Source: a virus
Lineage: Duplodnaviria; Caudoviricetes
Reading direction: 5' to 3' (one strand)
IMG/VR virus record: IMGVR_UViG_2708743157_000002
Location: 3,166 to 67,165 of that record
Length of the DNA: 64,000 nucleotides
The translations under genes were made by a program, and so were the position numbers. Shown in pieces: positions 57,027-64,000 of the stretch (positions are counted from its first letter, which is position 1; every line of letters begins with the position of its first letter). The notes under the pieces are model-generated. The model worked only from the letters and a program-made list of their open reading frames with translations. It was not told where the DNA came from and did not search any database.

Positions 57027-57247
57027 TCGCCCACCTCCTTCCGGTTTTTACGAAAGAAAATCCGTTTAACTAGTGCTCTTACTCCTAACGCAATCCCTTC
57101 CGCCGTATATAAAGCGCCTTCCCCGATATAGTAAATCGCGACTAGTGGTAAGTATATCGGGAATAGGACGAAGAAGATCACGTTTTCTATGCGGACCTGT
57201 TTAGCCCACTCTTCATCCGTATAAACGTATCTAATTCTGCGCTTCAT
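57023..57247 (-). CDS. Small membrane protein
   Basis: Hydrophobic segment; coupled to the helicase gene. Confidence 0.55.
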   Translation of the reverse strand: MKRRIRYVYTDEEWAKQVRIENVIFFVLFPIYLPLVAIYYIGEGALYTAEGIALGVRALVKRIFFRKNRKEVGE

Positions 57248-57756
57248 TCGCTCGCCTCCCGTCTCAATTTCGCCATCACAGCGTCAGCCTTCGTTTTATA
57301 CTCCGCACCCCCGAACGTCTCGTATAGGCGCATGTTATCGTTGTATTCGTCCAGCAACCCGTCGATTTGTTTCGCCTCTTCCTCCGCTTTCTTTTTCGTC
57401 ACATCACTCGCCACCTTTTCGAGTCCTTTACCTAACTCCGCGACACTTTCTACGCTTGGCAATTTCGGAAAATAGTCCGCAAAATGAAACGCCGCGCCCG
57501 TCGGCTCCGGATAATTCGTCACATCGTACGTTAAGAGGTAATCTTCCGCAAACTGTTTCCGGCAGACCAGCCGCAGATCCGTTTCGAACGCGTCGAGGAA
57601 TTCACCGTTAATCGCGTCAGTCAGTTCGAACTCGACGTATTCACTTACGCCCCACTCATCGGTTTCCTTTACTTCGCGCCAAGCATCGACGTAGAATATC
57701 CGATTTTCATACCCGGCAACCGAGACGATATCTCCGAAGGTGAATTCCGTTTTCAT
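57244..57756 (-). CDS. Hypothetical phage protein
   Basis: F.FGDIV.V N-terminus; IDGLLDEYND...Y..FG..EY C-terminus. Confidence 0.7.
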   Translation of the reverse strand: MKTEFTFGDIVSVAGYENRIFYVDAWREVKETDEWGVSEYVEFELTDAINGEFLDAFETDLRLVCRKQFAEDYLLTYDVTNYPEPTGAAFHFADYFPKLPSVESVAELGKGLEKVASDVTKKKAEEEAKQIDGLLDEYNDNMRLYETFGGAEYKTKADAVMAKLRREASE

Positions 57757-58125
57757 CTAGGCACCTCCTCCGTAATAGACAATCGCAACCTTTAAGCCGT
57801 TCTTATTCGCAAGGTCAATCATATGCTTAGTCCCTCGGCTCTTACCGTCCCAAAACGCCATTAATGCGTCTGCTTCTTCCGTCATTTCTTTATTCCGAAT
57901 ATACCCGGCCGCCTTTCCAAATTTATCCCAATCGGCAGGATGTTCACTTATTTCGTACCCTTTCTCGCGCGCATAACGTTCACCGAGACTATCCGCTCCG
58001 CGTGCTTTTCCGGATACAATAACGATCTTCTCGTTTTGACGATTGCGTAGAGCCGAATCTAACTTACAACGCAGTAAGTCGTAGTCATTAAAATCACGTC
58101 CTCCTGCGACAACCACCTTAATCAT
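57757..58125 (-). CDS. YspA/SLOG (DUF2493-like) protein
   Basis: VVVAGGRDF, IVSG.ARGAD, PADW...GKAAG.IRN..M, FWDGKS.GT. Confidence 0.88.
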   Translation of the reverse strand: MIKVVVAGGRDFNDYDLLRCKLDSALRNRQNEKIVIVSGKARGADSLGERYAREKGYEISEHPADWDKFGKAAGYIRNKEMTEEADALMAFWDGKSRGTKHMIDLANKNGLKVAIVYYGGGA

Positions 58126-58901
58126 CTACGCATCCCCCTTTTCGATTCGCCTACGAATTCAATCTCGCGGCACAGGTCGCCCACCCGATCGGCCAGACGT
58201 CGTTCACCGAATACTTGCCAGAGCTGATCGAGCGCAATGTTGCTCGTATAGATAGTCGGTAACTGATTCGTTACCCTTGCGTTAATAACGGTGTGCAAAT
58301 CGCCGCGGAAGCCGTCCTTTGCATCGCGAACCCCTATATCATCCAACACCGCAAACGGCGCCATCTTAGCCGCTTTTAATGCGCGATAATAACGGGCGGC
58401 AGCCGGCTCTGCGACTGAATCCGGAACACGCGGACGGTTGAATTCGTTATAGTCATTCTGCCATGCGTTCACATCGAGGAAATACGCCGGCCGCTGTAAT
58501 GGTTCGAGGCCGCGCCGTAGGGAGCCGCTATAATGGACGCGCAGCCATTCGTTTAGAAGTGCGGCGGCCGTCGTCGTCTTACCGGTGCCGGGCGATTCGC
58601 TGAACAGATATAGGTCTTTAATGCGGTCGGCCGGCGCAACCGGTCCACTCTGCTCGAACTGCCGCGCAAAGGATGCCGCATAAGTTTCGGCGGACTTATA
58701 TGCATCGGATTGGTCAGCGCGCGCGGGCGAATTTTTCAGCGTGACGAGCTGGTACTCCCTCGGAAGCCCTGCCGCCCCTGATCGCCCTCCTTCGCCTGAT
58801 GCGCCGTGCATCGCGATAAAATGCGTACAGTGCCGCGTACATGCGTCGGTCCCGGCCGCTTTGCATCCGTCAGCGAGTACGCAAGTGTTTTCGTTAGTCA
58901 T
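58122..58901 (-). CDS. DnaC/IstB-like helicase loader ATPase
   Basis: PGTGKTT, VLDDIGVR, IN.R.....PTIYTSN, GES.R. Confidence 0.9.
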   Translation of the reverse strand: MTNENTCVLADGCKAAGTDACTRHCTHFIAMHGASGEGGRSGAAGLPREYQLVTLKNSPARADQSDAYKSAETYAASFARQFEQSGPVAPADRIKDLYLFSESPGTGKTTTAAALLNEWLRVHYSGSLRRGLEPLQRPAYFLDVNAWQNDYNEFNRPRVPDSVAEPAAARYYRALKAAKMAPFAVLDDIGVRDAKDGFRGDLHTVINARVTNQLPTIYTSNIALDQLWQVFGERRLADRVGDLCREIEFVGESKRGMRR

Positions 58902-59061
58902 ATTCGCGGACCTCCTTACTTTTTAATTCGAGTTCAGCGCGAAATGGCTCGATCACTCCGCCTTTAAAACGACCTGATTTTATCGAATACCCACGTCGCA
59001 ACATATACTCCCAGATCGCTACCCAAATTTCGTCACTGCTCATCGTACATTTGATATCCAT
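58894..59061 (-). CDS. Small hypothetical protein (55 aa)
   Basis: Manually translated; RBS aaggagg. Confidence 0.5.
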   Translation of the reverse strand: MDIKCTMSSDEIWVAIWEYMLRRGYSIKSGRFKGGVIEPFRAELELKSKEVREYD

Positions 59062-59078
59062 TGGCGGACCTCCTTTCG

Positions 59079-59282
59079 TTAGATCAACTCCGCCAGCGTA
59101 AGTGTAATCAATTCGACTCTCCTCCGCTGTTCATAAGAACCGATGTAATAATCGCTAGAATTGAGTTCTTCTGTCAAAGCTTCGATCCTGTCGATCAACT
59201 CATCCGTATGGCCTTGTCTTTCGGCCAATTTCGTTACTCTTACGTATTCAGGCGTCCCGAACGTTAACTGTCCGATGCTCAT
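59079..59282 (-). CDS. Hypothetical protein
   Basis: ORF track; ATGA coupling. Confidence 0.55.
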   Translation of the reverse strand: MSIGQLTFGTPEYVRVTKLAERQGHTDELIDRIEALTEELNSSDYYIGSYEQRRRVELITLTLAELI

Positions 59283-60319
59283 TCGCCCACCTCTTCACGT
59301 GAGTCGTTGATGATTTTTGCATAATGCGATGGGTACTGTATAATCCTTCCCGGCAAATGCGCATTTAGACTTCCTGCTTTTAAAGAAATAACGGGCTTTT
59401 TCTCTATTTCTCCGCTATCTAATGTAACTTCTATAACATCGCCCACACGAACCTCAGTCGGCTGTGGCGCGTTCAAGTATTCGTCCGGCACCGTCAAGCC
59501 TAGCGCACGTCTTAGCGCAATCGCCTTTCCGATGTGAACGTTGAAGCAGTCGCCAGGTGCGGCTTTGGCGATTCCTTTTGCGTAGACATCCCCGGTGCGG
59601 ACGCCTTTTAATAACGCAACAACCGTTCGTTTATCGCGATTTGCTACGAACTCCACGTTACAGGTTGCGAAAGACCCCGTACCCGTTTCATATCGCACGC
59701 CATCACCGTAATTAGACAGTTTCTCAACATCCGCCTTCGCCTGCTCAACGATTTCATCACGGCGGGCTTGGGCGCTCTTCTTGGAATTCATTCCCGCCAA
59801 CTTTCGATGAGCTTGTTTAGCCGCTCGGAATCCTGCTTGGAACATACGCTTTTTTATCGCCTCCATAACTGCTTCTCCATGCGCGTATAACTCACGGTCC
59901 CCCATTGCGTTTAAATCGATTTTCATTCCGTCAGCCTCCTCGTTTTTAACTTCGTTATTGACGATGACTTCGTATTCTCTATAATCGATATAGCTCGGCA
60001 TTCCAAAAACTCGTATGGCTTTAGGGAACGGATCATTCGCGGTTGCTACCTCGAAAACATCTCCGGCTTCATACGCTTGCTTTTTCATAGGTAAAGCTTT
60101 TGTAATCAACACGCGCTCACCAACTTTGGCTGGGCACTTTTCTGTGACGATGAGCTCAGCGTCTTCGACATTAACAAGACGGACACTTCCGGGAACACTA
60201 ACGTCGTAGAACGCGCCTGTATCCTCAGTCAATTCGAACAACTCCCCAATCTTATTCACATACCAACTCGACTCATATTTCGCCTTCTTAATCCGAACGT
60301 ACTTTTTCGTTTCAGCCAT
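59279..60319 (-). CDS. Phage protein with SH3-like repeats and a GIAK.AP.D.FN..IGKAIALRRA domain
   Basis: Start refined to MAETKKY (RBS gggaggg). Confidence 0.75.
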   Translation of the reverse strand: MAETKKYVRIKKAKYESSWYVNKIGELFELTEDTGAFYDVSVPGSVRLVNVEDAELIVTEKCPAKVGERVLITKALPMKKQAYEAGDVFEVATANDPFPKAIRVFGMPSYIDYREYEVIVNNEVKNEEADGMKIDLNAMGDRELYAHGEAVMEAIKKRMFQAGFRAAKQAHRKLAGMNSKKSAQARRDEIVEQAKADVEKLSNYGDGVRYETGTGSFATCNVEFVANRDKRTVVALLKGVRTGDVYAKGIAKAAPGDCFNVHIGKAIALRRALGLTVPDEYLNAPQPTEVRVGDVIEVTLDSGEIEKKPVISLKAGSLNAHLPGRIIQYPSHYAKIINDSREEVGE

Positions 60320-60412
60320 TACGCAATCCCTCCCGAATTTTTTTATAAATCGAACACACATTCGTATTTATGTGGTACAATATACCTAAGTTACCGAAAG
60401 GAGGTTCGATTC

Positions 60413-60508
60413 ATGACGTTAGCAAAACAAATCGCAACAGTCGCAATCATTGTCACAACTATCGTTTATTTACCTAAGTTTGTTGATGTACTCGGAGGAG
60501 GACGCTAA
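60413..60508 (+). CDS. Counter-oriented small TM peptide (31 aa, MTLAKQIATVAIIVTTIVYLPKFVDVLGGGR)
   Basis: Manually translated; RBS aaaggagg; extended -10 TGGTACAAT. Confidence 0.7.
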   Translation: MTLAKQIATVAIIVTTIVYLPKFVDVLGGGR

Positions 60509-60535
60509 TTCTCGGCGTCCAGCCGTCCGGGCGCG

Positions 60536-60904
60536 CTAGAACCACGTATCATCAACGCTGCTATTCCGTTCAACCCGTTTTCCTTCCGCTTGAACTGCGC
60601 TGGACGCCCGCTGCAAGTTTCGCCCCATATACGTCTGCATCCATCCGAAACTGACGCCCGGCCATTCTATGGACGGCTTATAATCCGCAAAGCACATATC
60701 GATGAATCTCTTCGTTATCTCCGGCCCGTGTTCGCCCGACTTTCGTTTCGTACCGACCCAGCGTCCGAGCATTCCGGCTTCGGCTTGATATCCGCGCATA
60801 GGAACGTAAGGGACGCCGTAGAGCCGTTCGTGTTCCGCTTTCAAATACGCTTGGAAGTCGCGCGTGTTCCAATTGGCGACCGGCTTCGTTTCATACGTCG
60901 TCAT
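60536..60904 (-). CDS. Hypothetical replication-region protein
   Basis: WNTRDF..YL...H...YG.PY; FID.CF..YKP. Confidence 0.7.
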   Translation of the reverse strand: MTTYETKPVANWNTRDFQAYLKAEHERLYGVPYVPMRGYQAEAGMLGRWVGTKRKSGEHGPEITKRFIDMCFADYKPSIEWPGVSFGWMQTYMGRNLQRASSAVQAEGKRVERNSSVDDTWF

Positions 60905-61035
60905 CTTCCGGCCTCCTCACATAATGCTTCAATTTCGTAAATAAGGCTCCAAACGTGATGATAAAGGTGTTCGGGTACGCCGAGCTTTAGCGCCGCTATC
61001 GCTTCGTTTAATTCGTACGGTGTCGGTCGTCTCAT
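60901..61035 (-). CDS. Small hypothetical protein
   Basis: Start refined to MRRPTPYEL; ATGA coupling. Confidence 0.5.
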   Translation of the reverse strand: MRRPTPYELNEAIAALKLGVPEHLYHHVWSLIYEIEALCEEAGR

Positions 61036-61370
61036 CGCGCGTTCACTCCTTCGATTTTGATTCCGAGTAAATTGAGCGTATTGATAACGCCTTCCCTTTC
61101 GCATTCAAGGCTGAACGTAACGCCTCGGGATTGCGAAGTCCGCTGTTTTTCCTGAAGTTCGGCGAAATACTCGCGCACCCGGTCTTCCGGCGTCGCTTCG
61201 ACTTCGTATCCGTTGATCAGTGCGGCCGCAAGCGTTAGAGGATCTAGTTTCGCAAGCTTACCGCCTAAAACGTTGTCGCATGCCGCCCCAAGGATCTGTA
61301 TATCGAGATCGCCGGATCGACGATACGCTTCTAATTCCTCCGCCTGCTCCTTCGTGATTGTCGGCTTCAT
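61032..61370 (-). CDS. DUF1642-like phage protein
   Basis: ITKEQAE...LAAALINGYEVE. Confidence 0.7.
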   Translation of the reverse strand: MKPTITKEQAEELEAYRRSGDLDIQILGAACDNVLGGKLAKLDPLTLAAALINGYEVEATPEDRVREYFAELQEKQRTSQSRGVTFSLECEREGVINTLNLLGIKIEGVNAR

Positions 61371-61564
61371 TTTAACGCCTCCTTTAAGTCATTCAATCGT
61401 TCAGCTTCCGCATATAATTCGCTTATGTCATCTACGTGCTTGTAAACCAATCCGACGACACCCTCGATGCCTTCCTCTAACCAATTAATTTTCGTCTTCA
61501 ACCGCTCATTCTCGCCAATCAAATCCGCCACAGCATAGCGCAATCGTTTAACTTCTTCGGTCAT
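61367..61564 (-). CDS. Small coiled-coil protein
   Basis: ORF track; RBS ggagg. Confidence 0.6.
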   Translation of the reverse strand: MTEEVKRLRYAVADLIGENERLKTKINWLEEGIEGVVGLVYKHVDDISELYAEAERLNDLKEALK

Positions 61565-61611
61565 GTTTTCGCCGCCTCCACTCCGTGTATTTTCGCGTTT
61601 TACCGCTTACC

Positions 61612-61935
61612 CTACCGAATACCCTCGACCGCCAGTAAAGCCGCTATTTCCTCGCGAAACTCCCGTATTAATCGTGCTAATTCCGCCAGCGATGTCGCAT
61701 CCGAGTCGCGCAGCCGTCGATTCATTACGTCGAGTACCGCACGTTCGACCGTTGAGTGGTACGCTACTTCGCGCCACTTTTCCTTCGGCGTCGGGTCGGC
61801 GTTCGGGTCCTCAGCGAGCTTCTTCGGCCAGTTCGGCGCTTTTGTCGGGTCGGTGAAATAGCGTTCATTTACGATGATGTTAAGCGAGTCGGACGTTAGT
61901 TTGTAATCGGGTGAGATCGGGATATTAAGCGTCAT
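61612..61935 (-). CDS. DUF5405-like phage protein
   Basis: YKLTSD.LNII...W..V.YH.T.E...S.ATSL.EL. Confidence 0.7.
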   Translation of the reverse strand: MTLNIPISPDYKLTSDSLNIIVNERYFTDPTKAPNWPKKLAEDPNADPTPKEKWREVAYHSTVERAVLDVMNRRLRDSDATSLAELARLIREFREEIAALLAVEGIR

Positions 61936-62158
61936 GGTGGGCGTCGCCTCCTTCGTTAATTAGTCGCCAAACTTTAGCGCGTAGTTCCGGAACGGAAACC
62001 GATAATTCCTCTTGTACTAGCGCGCACGTTTCCGGCGTAATATCGATTAAGGCTTCGAAAATTGTAGCGAGCTCATAATTCGTAAACATATCGCACATCC
62101 TTCCGTATTTATAAAACCTAGCAATCGTTCGCTTACGCTCACTCTTGCGGATGTTCAT
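61925..62158 (-). CDS. Hypothetical protein
   Basis: ORF track; overlaps the next gene. Confidence 0.5.
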   Translation of the reverse strand: MNIRKSERKRTIARFYKYGRMCDMFTNYELATIFEALIDITPETCALVQEELSVSVPELRAKVWRLINEGGDAHHDA

Positions 62159-62225
62159 TATCGCGATAGAATTATTATTTAATAAGTATCTGCGCGAAAA
62201 GGTTTTAATTGAGCGCTATTATTTA

Positions 62226-62319
62226 TCTAGTTATTAATGGCTCTAGTTAAAAGATGGTTCTAGTTAGTGTAAAGTCGAGCCGTGTATGGGTCCGCCGTGT
62301 ATGGCTCGGCGTCACATGG
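62226..62319. repeat. Probable phage replication origin (iterons plus AT-rich repeats)
   Basis: GCCGTGTATGG at 62279 and 62294, degenerate GCGTCACATGG at 62309 (15-bp period); TCTAGTTA at 62226, 62242, 62259. Confidence 0.7.
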
Positions 62320-62739
62320 CTACGTAAGCTCCTCCGTATCTCCATCGAATATCGCGAGCTGACTGATCGGCATGATCGTATATCTTGCGTTATCCCATCG
62401 CTGCGTCTTCGGGTCCCGCGCCTTCTGCTTTACAACTAACGGCCGCTCCTGCCACCGATATTCGCATAGCGCTTTGATCCGCCTGTTCGCCGCAGCCCGA
62501 CTGAGATTTAGTGCGCCGGCTATCTGGTCCTGCGTCGGATAGCATTCGCCGTTAGCGTTCATGAACGAAGATAGTACGCAAAGAGTCTGCCAACGCTCCG
62601 CCCCGATGTCCGCGATAAGGCCTTTCTTGACGGCGTCGACGTACATCTTAACGAAGATCCGCGTTTCGGCCTTGCCGGACGTGACGTTGTATTCCGATTG
62701 AGATTCGACGGATACGAGCCGCTGATGTTCGTCGGTCAT
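62320..62739 (-). CDS. Replication initiator-like HTH protein (HTH_36)
   Basis: GECYPTQDQIAGALNLSR.AANRRIK.L...NARYTI. Confidence 0.8.
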   Translation of the reverse strand: MTDEHQRLVSVESQSEYNVTSGKAETRIFVKMYVDAVKKGLIADIGAERWQTLCVLSSFMNANGECYPTQDQIAGALNLSRAAANRRIKALCEYRWQERPLVVKQKARDPKTQRWDNARYTIMPISQLAIFDGDTEELT

Positions 62740-62823
62740 TCGTTATCACCTCTCACTTCTATAATGGGTAGGCTGCCGTCAATTTTGCGACATGGATCAC
62801 GAAACTTTTTTATTCGTCATTTA

Positions 62824-62913
62824 TAACTGCGTATCGACTTCCGGATTGGCACAAATTTTCACCGAAATTTATTCCGTCACTATTAACTGCGAATGCGCTT
62901 CGGAAAATGGACA
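62824..62913 (-). promoter_or_regulatory. Two tandem copies of the phage-specific 30-bp promoter-like motif
   Basis: TGTGCC...CGCAGTTA (62824..62853) and TGTCC...CGCAGTTA (62884..62913). Confidence 0.7.
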
Positions 62914-62941
62914 AAAAAAATAACCCGGCCTTGTGGCCGAG
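62913..62941 (-). terminator. Integrase terminator
   Basis: ctcggcc-acaa-ggccggg followed by tta and tttttttt. Confidence 0.8.
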
Positions 62942-64000
62942 TCATTGTCTCCGAGTTTTCCGTTTCTTATTTTTATTTTCTTGTATCTGAAGTAACGGCG
63001 AGTGCTTACTATGCTCCTTGGTCAGCGCCTTTTTGGATAGGTGCGTATATCTTTGCACCATACGCATATCGCTATGTCCGAGTATCACCTGTAAATGCCG
63101 AATGTCTCCACCGTCCTCTAAAAACATCGTCGCGCCCGTATGTCGTATTAAATGGGGATGAACGCGCTTTTTGATGCCGGCCCTATCTGCGTAGTTATTC
63201 AGACGCTGCCTAAAGTTATTAGTCGTCATCTTCTCGCCATAGTTTGCCAGAAAAACATATTCACTATCGAATTCTTCGTTTTCTCTTATAAGTTCGCGCA
63301 GCAGTCGAAGTGTTTTATCCTCTAACGGTACGAATCTTCCCCTTCGATTCTTTACGTCTTTCCCTTCGAGTATCAACGTTTTGGAGCCGAAATCAATACT
63401 CGACTCTTTAATCGACAACACTTCGCCTACCCGCATCATAGAGTCGATGAGGCAAGTCAGCGCAACATAATCTCTAAATTCAACGAAAGATCGCTGATCC
63501 ATCGCATTAAGAATCGCCCGCATCTCATCAGGAGAAAGGATATTTATCGGGCTCTCCGGGTTCGTGATTAACGTAACCTCTTCGAACGGGTTATCGTCGG
63601 CATACGCCTCTTTAATTGCAAAACGAAAGAACGTCCGTATGGTCTTAATATAGTCGTTAACTGACCGCGGAGATAACCCCTGCGTCTTATGTTCGTCCAA
63701 TTTGAAATTATGGCCGTCGAACTTTATTTTATCGTTAATCAGCCACGATACGAACCCGCGCGCAAAGTCAACGTCAATGTGGCGTATGTCTGCGGACACT
63801 CCGATCTCCTCAGCATAATCCGACAAATACCGACAAGCACGCATGTACTTATCAATCGTTTCCTGAACGACATTCTCAGCGCGTTTGGCATCGCACAGTC
63901 TATCGAATATGTATTCGAGATCGTACGTACCTTTTCGCGTTGTCTTTACCGAGGCCCTTCCGGCCTTCACACGCTTACCTTTTCGATTTTCTGAATGCAT
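62942..64000 (-). CDS. int: Tyrosine integrase/recombinase
   Basis: MRVGEV, K.RR.R.VP, HPHLIRHT, ILGH.D..M..RY; N-terminal SAM-like domain; the start lies at the window edge. Confidence 0.93.
   Translation of the reverse strand: MHSENRKGKRVKAGRASVKTTRKGTYDLEYIFDRLCDAKRAENVVQETIDKYMRACRYLSDYAEEIGVSADIRHIDVDFARGFVSWLINDKIKFDGHNFKLDEHKTQGLSPRSVNDYIKTIRTFFRFAIKEAYADDNPFEEVTLITNPESPINILSPDEMRAILNAMDQRSFVEFRDYVALTCLIDSMMRVGEVLSIKESSIDFGSKTLILEGKDVKNRRGRFVPLEDKTLRLLRELIRENEEFDSEYVFLANYGEKMTTNNFRQRLNNYADRAGIKKRVHPHLIRHTGATMFLEDGGDIRHLQVILGHSDMRMVQRYTHLSKKALTKEHSKHSPLLQIQENKNKKRKTRRQ

Larger units (their letters stand above)
1..64000 (-). mobile_element. Temperate Bacillus siphophage/prophage, ends not visible in the window
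   Basis: Continuous co-oriented modules: integrase, replication, regulation, nucleotide metabolism, terminase, portal, capsid, tail, baseplate; Firmicute-type GGAGG RBSs. Confidence 0.96.

Noticed and set aside
62942-64000. attL/attR core near the integrase
   Set aside because: The window ends at the integrase start; no matching repeat or host gene is visible

Overview
The whole window is one temperate Bacillus (subtilis-group-like) siphophage or prophage, mostly encoded on the minus strand. From the right end leftwards it contains: a tyrosine integrase; a short HTH replication initiator followed by an iteron-containing origin; DnaC-like loader, DnaB-like helicase and primase; two XRE regulators; an arbitrium locus (aimR plus an unannotated overlapping aimP with predicted peptide INAIGG) placed directly upstream of a sigma-factor-like gene; SSB, family A DNA polymerase, PD-(D/E)XK exonuclease, clamp-like protein and RuvC; nucleotide metabolism (nrdIEF, dUTPase, thyX, dNMP kinase); an N6-methyltransferase, late regulators and an ATP-dependent ligase; an XRE-controlled accessory island (EpsH-like glycosyltransferase, poly-gamma-glutamate hydrolase, beta-helix protein, small membrane peptides); a long non-coding region with a dif-like site and direct repeats; a cluster of anticodon-less tRNA-like RNAs; a short resolvase; and the head and tail genes. 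Lysis genes and att sites are not visible and presumably lie outside the window. The most notable signals are an apparently aimX-less arbitrium-to-sigma circuit with a five-copy 30-bp promoter motif and shared operators, the tRNA-mimic RNA cluster, and the biofilm-matrix island. All family calls come from motif recognition by eye; no database searches or folding programs were run.
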